DNA from: Candidatus Rokuibacteriota bacterium
GTDB taxonomy: Bacteria > Methylomirabilota > Methylomirabilia > Rokubacteriales > CSP1-6
DNA: 31,546 nt
NCBI GenBank assembly: GCA_016184305.1
Contig: JACPCX010000155.1
Coordinates: forward strand, 1 to 31,546
Direction of reading: 5' to 3'
A program made the translations under genes and the position numbers. The notes beneath the pieces were generated by a model that had not been told where the DNA came from, made no database searches, and was given only the letters and a program-made list of their open reading frames with translations. Shown here in pieces: positions 9,727 to 21,223 of the stretch (within the stretch, counting starts at the first letter, position 1; each line of letters starts with the position of its first letter).

Positions 9727-10829
9727 TGCCCCGCAAGCTCAGCCCCGACCTCTGGCTCTTCGGGGTGGTGCTGGTCCTGGTCTCCCTCGGCGTGGTGATG
9801 GTCTACTCGGCCAGCGCCATCATCGCCGCCGACCGCTTCGGCGATCCGCTCTTCTTCGTGAGGAAGCAGCTCGTCTGGGCGCTGGTGGGCGCCGGGTGCC
9901 TCTGGGCCGCCATGCGCCTCGACTACCGGACCCTCGAGCGCCTGGTGATCCCGCTCCTGGCGCTGTCGTTCGTGCTCCTCGTGCTGGTGCTGCTGCCGCC
10001 CTTCGGCCAGGCGATCAACGGGACGCGGCGCTGGCTCCGCATCGGCCCGCTGTCCTTCCAGCCGGTGGAGCTCGCGAAGTTCTCCCTCGTCCTGTACCTG
10101 GCGTCCTTTCTCGCGCGCCGCCCGGCCGCGCTGCGGACCTTCGGCCGGGGGCCGCTGCCGATCCTGCTGATGGCGGGGGCCATGGCCGGGCTCACGATCC
10201 TCCAGCCCGACCTCGGCAACAGCCTCACGCTCGTCGTCCTCACCATGGTGCTCGCGTATCTGGCCGGGGCCCGCTCCGGTCATCTGGCGGCGGTGGTCGC
10301 GGCGGCGCTGCCCGTCCTGGCGCTGCTCGTCGCCATGAAGCCGTACCGCTGGCGGCGCATGGTCGCCTTCGTGAACCCGTGGGACGATCCCCAGGGCAGC
10401 GGCTTCCAGATCATCCAGTCGTTTCTCGCCTTCGGGTCGGGCGGCTGGCTCGGGCGCGGGCTGGGGGAGTCGAAGCAGAAGCTCTTTTACCTCCCGGAGC
10501 CCTATACCGACTTCATCTTCGCCATCCTCGGCGAGGAGCTCGGGCTCCTGGGCGGGATGTGCGTGATCGCGCTCTTCGCCGTCGTGATCTGGCGTGGGCT
10601 CCGGGTGGGGCTCCGGGCGCCGGACGCCTTCGGCAGCTACCTGGCGCTGGGCCTCACCCTGATGCTCGCCACCCAGACGCTGGTGAACCTGGCAGTGGTG
10701 ATGGGGGCGCTCCCCACCAAGGGGCTGCCGCTGCCCTTCATCTCCTTCGGAGGGTCGGCCTTGCTCATGACCATGTTCTCTGCCGGCGTGCTGCTGAACA
10801 TCTCCCAGCACGCGAGCGCCGCCTCATGA
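9726..10829 (+). CDS. ftsW: SEDS peptidoglycan polymerase FtsW
   Basis: MVYSAS, NGTRRW, FQPVELAK, QPDLG, LPEPYTDFIFA and PFISFGGS motifs; multiple TM segments. Confidence 0.97.
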   Translation: MPRKLSPDLWLFGVVLVLVSLGVVMVYSASAIIAADRFGDPLFFVRKQLVWALVGAGCLWAAMRLDYRTLERLVIPLLALSFVLLVLVLLPPFGQAINGTRRWLRIGPLSFQPVELAKFSLVLYLASFLARRPAALRTFGRGPLPILLMAGAMAGLTILQPDLGNSLTLVVLTMVLAYLAGARSGHLAAVVAAALPVLALLVAMKPYRWRRMVAFVNPWDDPQGSGFQIIQSFLAFGSGGWLGRGLGESKQKLFYLPEPYTDFIFAILGEELGLLGGMCVIALFAVVIWRGLRVGLRAPDAFGSYLALGLTLMLATQTLVNLAVVMGALPTKGLPLPFISFGGSALLMTMFSAGVLLNISQHASAAS

Positions 10830-10874
10830 CACCACGACGGACGAGCGCGGCGAGCAGGCCGGCGGGGAGCGGAC

Positions 10875-12272
<1,398 letters not shown>

Positions 12273-12275
12273 CGA

Positions 12276-13157
12276 ATGCTTGGAGAGATCCGCGGCGAGG
12301 TGCGGTTCAAGGAGCCTCTCAGCTTCCACACGTCCTTGCGCATCGGAGGACCCGCCGACTTCTTCATCGTCCCCCAGGACGTGGAGGACATCCGACTGGC
12401 GCTGGCCTTCGCGGACAAGGAAGGGCTTCCCGTGGAGGTGATCGGTGGCGGGAACAACCTGCTGGTCCGTGACCGCGGGATCCGCGGCGTGGTCCTGCGG
12501 CTCGAAGGCTGCCTCGGACGCGCCGAGTTCAACGGGGAGGAAGCCGTGGCCGGCGCCGGCGTGAGCCTCTCCGCACTCATCCGCGAGGCGGCCGCGCTCA
12601 ACCTGGGCGGCGTCGAGTGCCTCGTGGGCATCCCCGCCACCATCGGCGGCGCCGTCGCCATGAACGCGGGCACCCCGGATGGGTGGATCGGCGATTTCGT
12701 CTCCGCGGTGTACTTCCTCCACCCGGACGGGACGCTCGGCGAGTTCAAGCCGGGCCCGGGGGCCTTCGGCTACCGCCTGTTCGCCGCGCCGCCCGGCGCC
12801 GTCCTCATCGGCGCCCGCCTGAGGCTCCACCGGCGGCCGCAGGCGGAGATCCAGAAGGACATCAAGCAGCGGCTCAAGCAGAAGAAGGCCACGCAGCCAC
12901 TGGCGCTGGCCTCGGCCGGCTGCGTGTGGAAGAACCCGCCGGGCGATGCGGCCGGGCGCCTCGTGGAGAAGGTGGGGCTCAAGGGCAAGCGGCTCAACGG
13001 CGCCGAGATCTCGGCCAAGCACGCCAACTTCATCGTGAACCGGGGCGGCGCCATGGCCGCCGACATCCTGGCGCTGATGGACATGACGCGCGAGCGCGTG
13101 CAGCACCAGTTCGGCATCACGCTCGAGCCGGAGATCCGCATCGCGGGAGAGGGATGA
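12276..13157 (+). CDS. murB: UDP-N-acetylenolpyruvoylglucosamine reductase MurB
   Basis: HTSLRIGGPAD, GIPATIGGAVAMNAG, SAGCVWKNP, KHANFIVN and LEPEI motifs. Confidence 0.96.
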   Translation: MLGEIRGEVRFKEPLSFHTSLRIGGPADFFIVPQDVEDIRLALAFADKEGLPVEVIGGGNNLLVRDRGIRGVVLRLEGCLGRAEFNGEEAVAGAGVSLSALIREAAALNLGGVECLVGIPATIGGAVAMNAGTPDGWIGDFVSAVYFLHPDGTLGEFKPGPGAFGYRLFAAPPGAVLIGARLRLHRRPQAEIQKDIKQRLKQKKATQPLALASAGCVWKNPPGDAAGRLVEKVGLKGKRLNGAEISAKHANFIVNRGGAMAADILALMDMTRERVQHQFGITLEPEIRIAGEG

Positions 13158-13172
13158 GGGGAGAGGGATGAG
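13145..13172 (+). repeat. Tandem 14-bp duplication GGGAGAGGGATGAG x2 at the murB/ftsQ junction
   Basis: 13145-13158 is identical to 13159-13172. Confidence 0.85.
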
Positions 13173-13240
13173 GGCCGCGCGGGCTCGACCACGGGCTCGA
13201 GGACCTCGCCTCTCCGAGTCCCCTGATCACGCGGCAGCGC

Positions 13241-14014
13241 GTGGGCCGGCGGCAGCACCGTCTCCGGACGAACCGCCGCGCGCGCCGGATGGGCCGGCTC
13301 GTGGTGGTCCTGGCCGTGGGGACCGGACTCCTGGCCGCGGGCGCCCTCGGCGTGGGCTGGCTCCTCACCGCCCCCCGCTTCGCCGTCGCGCGCGTCGAGG
13401 TGCGGGGCCACGCCCGCCTCAGCCCGGATGAGATCGTCGCGGCCTCCGGGCTCGCGCCCGGTGTGAACCTGTTCCGGGTGGATCCACGGGTGGCCGCCCT
13501 CGCGGTGGAGACGCTGCCACAGGTCCGCCGCGCCGAGGTGATCCGGACCTTCCCGAACCACCTCGCGATCGTCGTCGAGGAGCGCCGGCCGTTCACGCTC
13601 GTGCACGCTGGACGGCTGCACTGGATCGACGAGCAGGGGACGCCCGTGGCGCAGGAGCCCCGCGCCGTGGCTGTCGGGCTGCCGGTGATCAGCGGGCTGT
13701 CTCCGGAGGAGCTGGCCGCGGCCCCCGGCGAGCCCTCCGAGCGGCTCACCGCCGGCGTGTCGCTGCTCCGCCTGCTGCTGCGCTCCGGGAGCCCGCTCAC
13801 CAGCCAGATCTCCGAGATCGACGTCAGCCGCAAGGAGGGGCCGGTGCTCTACACCGTGGACGGGATCGAGGTCCGGCTCGGCACCGAGGAGTGGGAGGCG
13901 CGGATCGGGCGGCTGCTGGGCGTGCTGGCGCAGGTGGCGTCGTCGGGTGAGGCGGTGAGCAGCATCGACCTGCGGTTCCGCGACCAGGTCGTGCTCCGGC
14001 CCGTGGTCCCGTGA
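13241..14014 (+). CDS. ftsQ: Cell division protein FtsQ/DivIB
   Basis: TM segment, POTRA domain (VEVRGHARLS..NLF..R.FPNHL..V.ER) and C-terminal IDLRFRDQVVLRP; lies directly upstream of ftsA. Start uncertain. Confidence 0.92.
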   Translation: MGRRQHRLRTNRRARRMGRLVVVLAVGTGLLAAGALGVGWLLTAPRFAVARVEVRGHARLSPDEIVAASGLAPGVNLFRVDPRVAALAVETLPQVRRAEVIRTFPNHLAIVVEERRPFTLVHAGRLHWIDEQGTPVAQEPRAVAVGLPVISGLSPEELAAAPGEPSERLTAGVSLLRLLLRSGSPLTSQISEIDVSRKEGPVLYTVDGIEVRLGTEEWEARIGRLLGVLAQVASSGEAVSSIDLRFRDQVVLRPVVP

Positions 14015-15255
14015 GGCGCGGCATGGCGAGAGGGAAAGGGCGGCAGGTGATCGCGGGGCTCGACGTGGGGACGACCAAGATCTGCTGCGTCATCGCGGAC
14101 GCCTCCTCCGGCGGCGGCCTCGACATCGTCGGCATCGGCGTGAGCCCGTCCCGGGGGCTGCGCAAGGGCGTCGTCGTCAACATCGACTCGACCGTGGAGG
14201 CCATCAAGCAGGCGGTGGCCGAGGCCGAGCAGATGGCGGGCATCGAGATCGCCACCGTGGTGGCCGGGGTGGCCGGTGGTCACATCCGCGGGATCAACAG
14301 CCGGGCCGTGGTGGCCGTGTCGGGCAAGCACCGGGAGGTGAGCCGGACCGACATCGACCGCGCGCTCGAGGCCGCCAAGACCATCAACCTCGGCCAGGAC
14401 CGCGAGGTCATCCACGTCCTGCCGCAGACCTTCGTGGTGGACGACCAGGACGGCATCAAGGAGCCCCTGGGCATGTCCGGGGTGCGGCTCGAGGTCGAGG
14501 TCCACCTCGTCACGGGCGCGGTCACGTCGGTCCAGAACGTCATCCGCAGCGTGAACCGGGCCGGGCTCTCGGTGCAGGACATCGTCCTCGAGCCGCTGGC
14601 TTCCGCGGAGGCCGTCGTCTCGGCCGAGGAGAAGGAGCTGGGGATCCTGCTGATCGACCTGGGCGGCGGCACCACCGACGTGGCGCTTTTCCGGGACGGC
14701 GCCGTCTGGTACACGGGGATCCTGCCGCTGGGCGGCGACCACATCTCCAACGACATCGCGGTGGGGCTGCGCACGCCGACCGGGGACGCCGAGGAGCTGA
14801 AGAAGCGCTACGGCTGCGCGCTCACGGCGCTGGTCCGGGAGGACGAGACCATCGACGTGCCCTCGGTGGGCGGGCGCAAGCCGCGCCAGCTGTCGCGCCA
14901 GATCCTGTCCGAGATCATCCAGCCCCGGGTGGAGGAGATCTTCACGCTCGTGGCGCGCGACCTGACGCGGGCGGGGCTGCAGGACGTCGCCTCCGCAGGT
15001 GTGGTGGTGACCGGCGGCACCTCGATCATGCACGGCGTCGCCGAGCTGGCCGAGCAGGTGTTCGACCTGCCGGTGCGCCGGGGGCTGCCCACGGGCGTGG
15101 GGGGGCTCGCCGATGTGGTGCACAGCCCCATCTATTCGACGGCGGTGGGGCTTGCGCTGTACGGATCGCGCGGGCAGACGGGCGGAGGGCTGCTGGATGC
15201 CGGCGATGGGTCGCTGGCCGATCGCCTCCGCACCTGGCTCGCCCGGCTCTTCTAG
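14011..15255 (+). CDS. ftsA: Cell division protein FtsA
   Basis: GLDVGTTKI, GLRKGVVVNID, IDLGGGTTD and VVTGGTS motifs. Alternative ATG at 14023. Confidence 0.98.
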   Translation: MRRGMARGKGRQVIAGLDVGTTKICCVIADASSGGGLDIVGIGVSPSRGLRKGVVVNIDSTVEAIKQAVAEAEQMAGIEIATVVAGVAGGHIRGINSRAVVAVSGKHREVSRTDIDRALEAAKTINLGQDREVIHVLPQTFVVDDQDGIKEPLGMSGVRLEVEVHLVTGAVTSVQNVIRSVNRAGLSVQDIVLEPLASAEAVVSAEEKELGILLIDLGGGTTDVALFRDGAVWYTGILPLGGDHISNDIAVGLRTPTGDAEELKKRYGCALTALVREDETIDVPSVGGRKPRQLSRQILSEIIQPRVEEIFTLVARDLTRAGLQDVASAGVVVTGGTSIMHGVAELAEQVFDLPVRRGLPTGVGGLADVVHSPIYSTAVGLALYGSRGQTGGGLLDAGDGSLADRLRTWLARLF

Positions 15256-15323
15256 CGGTGCGGCACGACGGCGACTGACGTCGGGCGAGCGCGGCAGAGC
15301 GGCGGGCACAGGCGGGCGACACG

Positions 15324-15547
15324 GGTGATCGCGACTTACGCCAACGGAATGAACTGGCGAGCGTGGATGTCCGGCGGGGGCGGGCGGGCCTACGGCCCGG
15401 GGGCCCGCCCCAGGTGAGAGATGGGCGGGCCTACGGCCCGGGTGCCCATCCCAGGTGACGGCGACTGACGCCAACGGAATGAACCAGCGAGCGTGAACGT
15501 CCGGCGGGGATGGGCGGGCCTACGGCCCGGGTGCCCATCCCAGGTGA
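15324..15547 (+). repeat. Nested repeat array: two ~94-bp units (15324-15417, 15454-15547) and three copies of a 35-bp GC-rich hairpin
   Basis: Units share ACGCCAACGGAATGAAC..GCGAGCGTG..GTCCGGCGGGG and GGGCGGGCCTACGGCCCGGG..CCCAGGTGA. Hairpins lie at 15377-15411, 15418-15452 and 15507-15541. Confidence 0.92.
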
Positions 15548-15559
15548 AGGAGACCGCGA

Positions 15560-16711
<1,152 letters not shown>

Positions 16712-16749
16712 TCCCGCGCGGCCCGGGGCGGCCGTGAGAGAATACGGGC

Positions 16750-17493
16750 GTGATGACAGGACGCCCCGCCTTCCTCACCTCGCCCCTGCTCGAGGCCGCG
16801 GGGGTGCCCCATCTCTTCACGACGCGCCATTTCCCGGGGCTCGAGCGCGGCGCCAACGGCGGGTCGCCCTTCGGCGCCGCGGCCCGGGCGCTCCTCGCGG
16901 AGCGCGGGCTCCTCGCAGAACTGCCGGCCTTCGCTCGCCAGGTGCACGGAGCCGAGGTCGCCGAGGCCCGCGCAGGCGGCCGCGTCGGCGTCGCCGACGC
17001 CCTCATCAGCCAGCGGCCCGGCCTGCCGCTCTCCGTGTTCACCGCCGACTGCCTTCCCATTGTCCTCTTCGATCCCGACGGGCGCCGCCTGGCCGTGGTG
17101 CACGCGGGCTGGCGGGGCACGGTGCAGTCGGTCGCGCGCGCCGCGGTGACCGCGCTGACCCGGGCCGGTGCTCCGCCCGGGGGGCTCCTGGCCGCGGTGG
17201 GCCCATCCATCGGCCCCTGCTGTTACGAGGTGGATCTCCCCGTGATCGAGCGCCTCAGGACGGGCTTTCCGAGCGCCTGGCCGACCTGGGTCACCCCCGT
17301 CGGACCGGGGAAGTGGATGCTCGACCTGTGGAAGGCCAACGAGGACCAGCTCCGCGCCGCCGGTGTGGCGCCGTCCAGGATCGAGAACCCGCGGCTCTGC
17401 ACGGCCTGCCGGCTCGACCTCTTCTTCTCCTATCGTCGTGAGGGGAAGGGCGGCAGCCTCGCGACCGTGGCTGCCGTTCCTCCGTCGTCCTGA
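16750..17493 (+). CDS. pgeF: Peptidoglycan editing factor PgeF / YfiH-family purine nucleoside phosphorylase
   Basis: QVHG, TADCLP, HAGWRG, GPSIGPCCYEV and FFSYRR motifs; position after ftsZ. Confidence 0.95.
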   Translation: MMTGRPAFLTSPLLEAAGVPHLFTTRHFPGLERGANGGSPFGAAARALLAERGLLAELPAFARQVHGAEVAEARAGGRVGVADALISQRPGLPLSVFTADCLPIVLFDPDGRRLAVVHAGWRGTVQSVARAAVTALTRAGAPPGGLLAAVGPSIGPCCYEVDLPVIERLRTGFPSAWPTWVTPVGPGKWMLDLWKANEDQLRAAGVAPSRIENPRLCTACRLDLFFSYRREGKGGSLATVAAVPPSS

Positions 17494-17515
17494 GGAGGCC
17501 CAGGGCGGGCCGGCA

Positions 17516-17524
17516 TGCTAGAAT
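17516..17524 (+). promoter_or_regulatory. Possible extended -10 promoter (TGcTAGAAT) upstream of yggS
   Basis: TGn-TAGAAT in the pgeF-yggS gap, 21 nt before the ATG. Confidence 0.45.
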
Positions 17525-17545
17525 CGCGCAGCCGGACAGGGACTC

Positions 17546-18226
17546 ATGGTGGACATCAGGCGGAACGTCGAGGGGGTTCAGGCCGCGATCGAGCGGGCGT
17601 GCCGTCGGTGTGGCCGCGATCCGCGCGAGGTGCTCCTGATCGCGGTGTCGAAGACGGTGGACCTCGCGCGCATCCGCCTCGCGGTGGAGGCGGGGGTGCC
17701 CGCGCTGGGCGAGAACCGGGTGCAGGAGGCGAAGGAGAAAGTCGCGACCCTCGGCCATCCGGTGCCGTGGCACCTGATCGGCTCGCTGCAGACGAACAAG
17801 GCCAAGGAGGCGGCGCGGATCTTCGACTGCATCCAGGCGGTGGATCGGCTGGAGCTGGCCCATGAGCTGGACCGCCGGGCCCAGGCCGCGGGCCGCGTCG
17901 TGGACGGGCTCCTCCAGGTGAACCTGGGCGAGGAGCCACAGAAGGGCGGCCTGCCTCCTGCCGAGGTGAAGGCCGTACTCGACCAGGTCGCGGCGCTGCA
18001 GGGTCTGCGCATCCGCGGGCTCATGGCGATTCCGCCCCTGGTCCCGGCTGCCGAGGCCGCGCGCCCGTACTTCAGGCGGCTGCGCGAGCTGCGGGACGCC
18101 GTGGGCCTCGAGCACCTGTCCATGGGCATGAGCGGCGATTTCGAGGTCGCGATCGACGAAGGGGCGACCATGGTGCGGGTGGGCACGGCGATCTTCGGTC
18201 CCCGAGCCGCGCGGCCGGGGCCCTGA
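17546..18226 (+). CDS. yggS: PLP homeostasis protein YggS
   Basis: LIAVSK, GENRVQE, WHLIGSLQTNK, LSMGMSGD and VRVGTAIFG motifs. Confidence 0.97.
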   Translation: MVDIRRNVEGVQAAIERACRRCGRDPREVLLIAVSKTVDLARIRLAVEAGVPALGENRVQEAKEKVATLGHPVPWHLIGSLQTNKAKEAARIFDCIQAVDRLELAHELDRRAQAAGRVVDGLLQVNLGEEPQKGGLPPAEVKAVLDQVAALQGLRIRGLMAIPPLVPAAEAARPYFRRLRELRDAVGLEHLSMGMSGDFEVAIDEGATMVRVGTAIFGPRAARPGP

Positions 18227-18242
18227 GCGGGGTGGCGGAGCG

Positions 18243-19064
18243 ATGAGCGTCACGGGCAAGCGGATCGGGTTTCTGGGCGCGGGCAATATCGGAGAGGCCA
18301 TGATCAGGGGCCTGCTCCAGGCGGCCCTCGTCCCCGCCCAGGACATCGCGGCGAGCGACGCCCGGCCGGAGCGCCTGGCGCAGATCGCGCGGCAGCACGG
18401 GATTCGCCCCTGCGCCGACAACGCGACCCTGGTCCGCGAGTCCGACGTGATCGTGCTCGCGGTGAAGCCGCAGATCATGGCGGCCGTGTGCGAGGAGATC
18501 GCTCGCGCCGTGGACAAGAGCAAGCTGATTATCTCGCTGGCGGCGGGCGTCTCCACGACCACGCTCCGGCAGCACCTGCCCCACGTGGAGCGGCTCATCC
18601 GCGTCATGCCCAATACTCCCGCCCTCGTCCTGGAGGCCGTGACCGCCATCGCGCGCGCCGACGGACTCGAGAAGGGCGACCTCGAGACGGCGCAGGCGCT
18701 CTTCGGCGCCGTGGGGCGCGTCGTGGTCCTGGACGAGGAGGCGCTGGACGCGGTCACGGGGCTCTCGGGCTCGGGCCCGGCCTACGTGGCCATCGTGATC
18801 GAATCGCTGGCTGATGGCGGCGTGAAGATGGGCCTCGACCGGGCCACGGCCATGACGCTCGCCGCCCAGACCGTGCTGGGCTCGGCCAAGCTCATCCTCG
18901 AGACCGGCACGCATCCGGGGCAGCTCAAGGACATGGTCGCCTCCCCGGGCGGGACCACCATCGCCGGCATCGCCGCCCTCGAGGAGGGCGGGGTGCGCCG
19001 GACCTTCATCAACGCCGTGGAGCGCGCGACCCTGCGCTCCCGCGAGCTCGGGAAAGGGCGATAA
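18243..19064 (+). CDS. proC: Pyrroline-5-carboxylate reductase
   Basis: IGFLGAGNIG, LAVKPQ, RVMPNTP, LSGSGPAY and VASPGGTT motifs. Confidence 0.97.
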   Translation: MSVTGKRIGFLGAGNIGEAMIRGLLQAALVPAQDIAASDARPERLAQIARQHGIRPCADNATLVRESDVIVLAVKPQIMAAVCEEIARAVDKSKLIISLAAGVSTTTLRQHLPHVERLIRVMPNTPALVLEAVTAIARADGLEKGDLETAQALFGAVGRVVVLDEEALDAVTGLSGSGPAYVAIVIESLADGGVKMGLDRATAMTLAAQTVLGSAKLILETGTHPGQLKDMVASPGGTTIAGIAALEEGGVRRTFINAVERATLRSRELGKGR

Positions 19065-19065
19065 C

Positions 19066-19332
19066 GTGCTCCCCTACAGTCTCGTCAACTTCATCGGCTG
19101 GCTCCTGAGCCTCTACTCCTGGGTGATCATCGCCGCGGCGCTGATCACCTGGGTGAGCCCCGATCCCCGCAACCCCGTCGTGCAGTTCCTCTCCCGGGCG
19201 ACCGAGCCCGTGCTGCGGCCCGTGCGCCAGCTCCTGCCCCCGTGGAAGACGGGAGGGCTCGATCTCTCGCCCCTCATCGTGCTGATCGCCATCCAGTTCG
19301 TGGAGCGGGTCATCCTGCCGGCGCTGTACTGA
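19066..19332 (+). CDS. yggT: YggT/YlmG family membrane protein
   Basis: Hydrophobic 88 aa with NPVV..TEPVL.PVR..P...GLDLSP. Confidence 0.93.
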   Translation: MLPYSLVNFIGWLLSLYSWVIIAAALITWVSPDPRNPVVQFLSRATEPVLRPVRQLLPPWKTGGLDLSPLIVLIAIQFVERVILPALY

Positions 19333-19342
19333 GGAGGGGACC

Positions 19343-19852
19343 GTGCGCATCACGCCCATGGACATCAGGCAGCAGCAGTTCACGGTGAAGATGTTCCGCG
19401 GTTTCGATGTCCAGGAGGTGGACACCTTCCTCGAGGACGTCGCCCAGGACTACGAGGCCCTCATGAGGGAGAACACGCTCCTCAAGGAGCAACTCCAGGC
19501 GTTGGAGGAGCGCACCCGCGGCCTCGAGGAGCGGGAGCGGGTGCTGCAGCAGACGCTCGTCACCACCCAGCGGTTGACCGAGGAGATGAAGGAGGGTGCG
19601 AGGCGCGAGGCGGCGCTCGCGGTGCGCGAGGCCGAGGTGGCGGGCGAGAAGCTCCTGGAGGCGGCCCGGACCGAGGAGGCGGTGATCCGGAGCGAGATCA
19701 TGCTGCTCAAGCGCAACCGCCGCCAGCTCGCCGAGGGAATCCGGTCCACCATCGAGATGTACCAGCGCATGGTGGAGCCGGACCTTCGCTCGAGCCCGCG
19801 CGAGGGCGCCGCGCCCGGCGCCGAGCCGCCTGCCAGCGCCGAAGAGGAATGA
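19343..19852 (+). CDS. divIVA: DivIVA domain-containing protein
   Basis: ITPMDIRQQQF...RGFDVQEVDTFL N-terminal signature followed by a coiled coil. Confidence 0.93.
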   Translation: MRITPMDIRQQQFTVKMFRGFDVQEVDTFLEDVAQDYEALMRENTLLKEQLQALEERTRGLEERERVLQQTLVTTQRLTEEMKEGARREAALAVREAEVAGEKLLEAARTEEAVIRSEIMLLKRNRRQLAEGIRSTIEMYQRMVEPDLRSSPREGAAPGAEPPASAEEE

Positions 19853-20151
19853 TGGCCGCTCCTCCCAGCACGCGAGAGGCACGCTTGCTCCATGTCCGCG
19901 TCCGGCCCGGCGCCTCGCGGAGCGAGGTGCTGGGCTGGGAGGGCGAGACGCTCCGCGTGCGCGTCACCTCCCCCCCCGAGGATGGGCGGGCCAACCGGGC
20001 CGTCGCCGCGCTGCTCGCGGCGGCCCTCGGGGTGCCGCCGTCATCGGTGGAGCTGGTGCGCGGTGGCGCCGCCCGGGACAAGCTCTTCCGCGTGCGCGGC
20101 CTTGACCCCGCCGGCCTCAAGGCCCGTCTCGGCAAGGAATCGTCCCGATGA
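19849..20151 (+). CDS. DUF167 (YggU/UPF0235) protein
   Basis: VRVRPGASR, PPEDGRAN and ELVRG..ARDK motifs. Confidence 0.92.
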   Translation: MMAAPPSTREARLLHVRVRPGASRSEVLGWEGETLRVRVTSPPEDGRANRAVAALLAAALGVPPSSVELVRGGAARDKLFRVRGLDPAGLKARLGKESSR

Positions 20152-21164
20152 TCTCGCCGATCCGCTGGCAGGGGGACCGTCTCCTGCTCCTCGATCAGAC
20201 GCTGCTGCCCGTGCAGGAAATGGAGCGTCCCTGCACGACCTGGCAGGAGGTGGCCGAGGCCATCCGCACGCTCGTGGTCCGGGGGGCGCCGGCCATCGGG
20301 GTGACGGCGGCGTTCGGCGTGGTCCTGGCCGCGCGCGCAAGCGCGGCCCGCGAGTTCGACGGCCTCATGTCGGACCTGGAGGAGGCCATCAAGGGCCTCG
20401 GGGCCACGCGCCCCACGGCCGTCAATCTCTTCTGGGCGCTCGAGCGCATGCGGCGCGTGGCGCTCGCCCACCGACAGCTGCCGGTGCCGGCGCTCCGCGA
20501 CCGGCTCCTGGCCGAGGCGCAGGCCATCCTCGACGAGGACGTGGCGGCGAACCGCGCGCTGGGGGCCCACGGCGCGACGCTCGTGCCCGAGCGGGCGCGC
20601 ATTCTCACTCACTGCAACGCGGCGGCCCTGGCCACGGCCGGCTACGGGACGGCAGGGGGGGTGATCCGCGCGGCCCACGAGCGGGGGCGCGTGGCGCTGG
20701 TCTGGGTGGACGAGACGCGCCCGGTCATGCAGGGCTCCCGGCTCACGGCCTGGGAGATGGTCAAGGAGGGAATCCCCCACCGGCTCATCTCGGACGTGGC
20801 GGCGGCCTTTGTCATGAAGCGAGGCGAGGTGGACCTGGTGGTCACGGGGGCCGACCGCATCGCCGCCAACGGGGACACCGCCAACAAGATCGGCACCTAC
20901 GGGCTCGCGGTCCTCGCCCGCTACCACGGGATCCCGTTCTACATCGCGGCGCCGCTGTCGACGATCGATCCGTCCATCCCGACCGGCGCCTCCATCGTGA
21001 TCGAGGAGCGGGACCCGGCCGAGGTGCGCGGAGTGGCGGGGCGCCAGACGGCGCCCGCGGACTCGCCGGTCTTCAACCCGGCCTTCGACGTGACGCCGGC
21101 CGAGCTGATCACGGCCATCATCACCGAGCGCGGCATCTCCCGCCCCCCGTACGCGTTCACGTAG
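20148..21164 (+). CDS. mtnA: S-methyl-5-thioribose-1-phosphate isomerase
   Basis: VRGAPAIG, TRPTAVNL, LTHCN, DETRP..QGSRLTAWE, GDTANKIGT and NPAFDVTP motifs. Confidence 0.96.
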   Translation: MISPIRWQGDRLLLLDQTLLPVQEMERPCTTWQEVAEAIRTLVVRGAPAIGVTAAFGVVLAARASAAREFDGLMSDLEEAIKGLGATRPTAVNLFWALERMRRVALAHRQLPVPALRDRLLAEAQAILDEDVAANRALGAHGATLVPERARILTHCNAAALATAGYGTAGGVIRAAHERGRVALVWVDETRPVMQGSRLTAWEMVKEGIPHRLISDVAAAFVMKRGEVDLVVTGADRIAANGDTANKIGTYGLAVLARYHGIPFYIAAPLSTIDPSIPTGASIVIEERDPAEVRGVAGRQTAPADSPVFNPAFDVTPAELITAIITERGISRPPYAFT

Positions 21165-21223
21165 CGTCAGCGTTCTGATACGGTGAGTCGCGTGACCACT
21201 TTCGCTTCCGGAAGGAGCCCTCG

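Noticed and set aside
15349..15468. Short peptides encoded by the repeat units (MNWRAWMSGG..., MGGPTARVP...)
   Set aside because: Reading frames are not preserved between copies (copy 2 stops after 5 codons), while base pairing is preserved.
15324..15547. CRISPR array interpretation of the ftsA-ftsZ repeats
   Set aside because: The intervening segments are themselves repeated or nearly absent rather than unique constant-length spacers, and there are no cas genes in the window.
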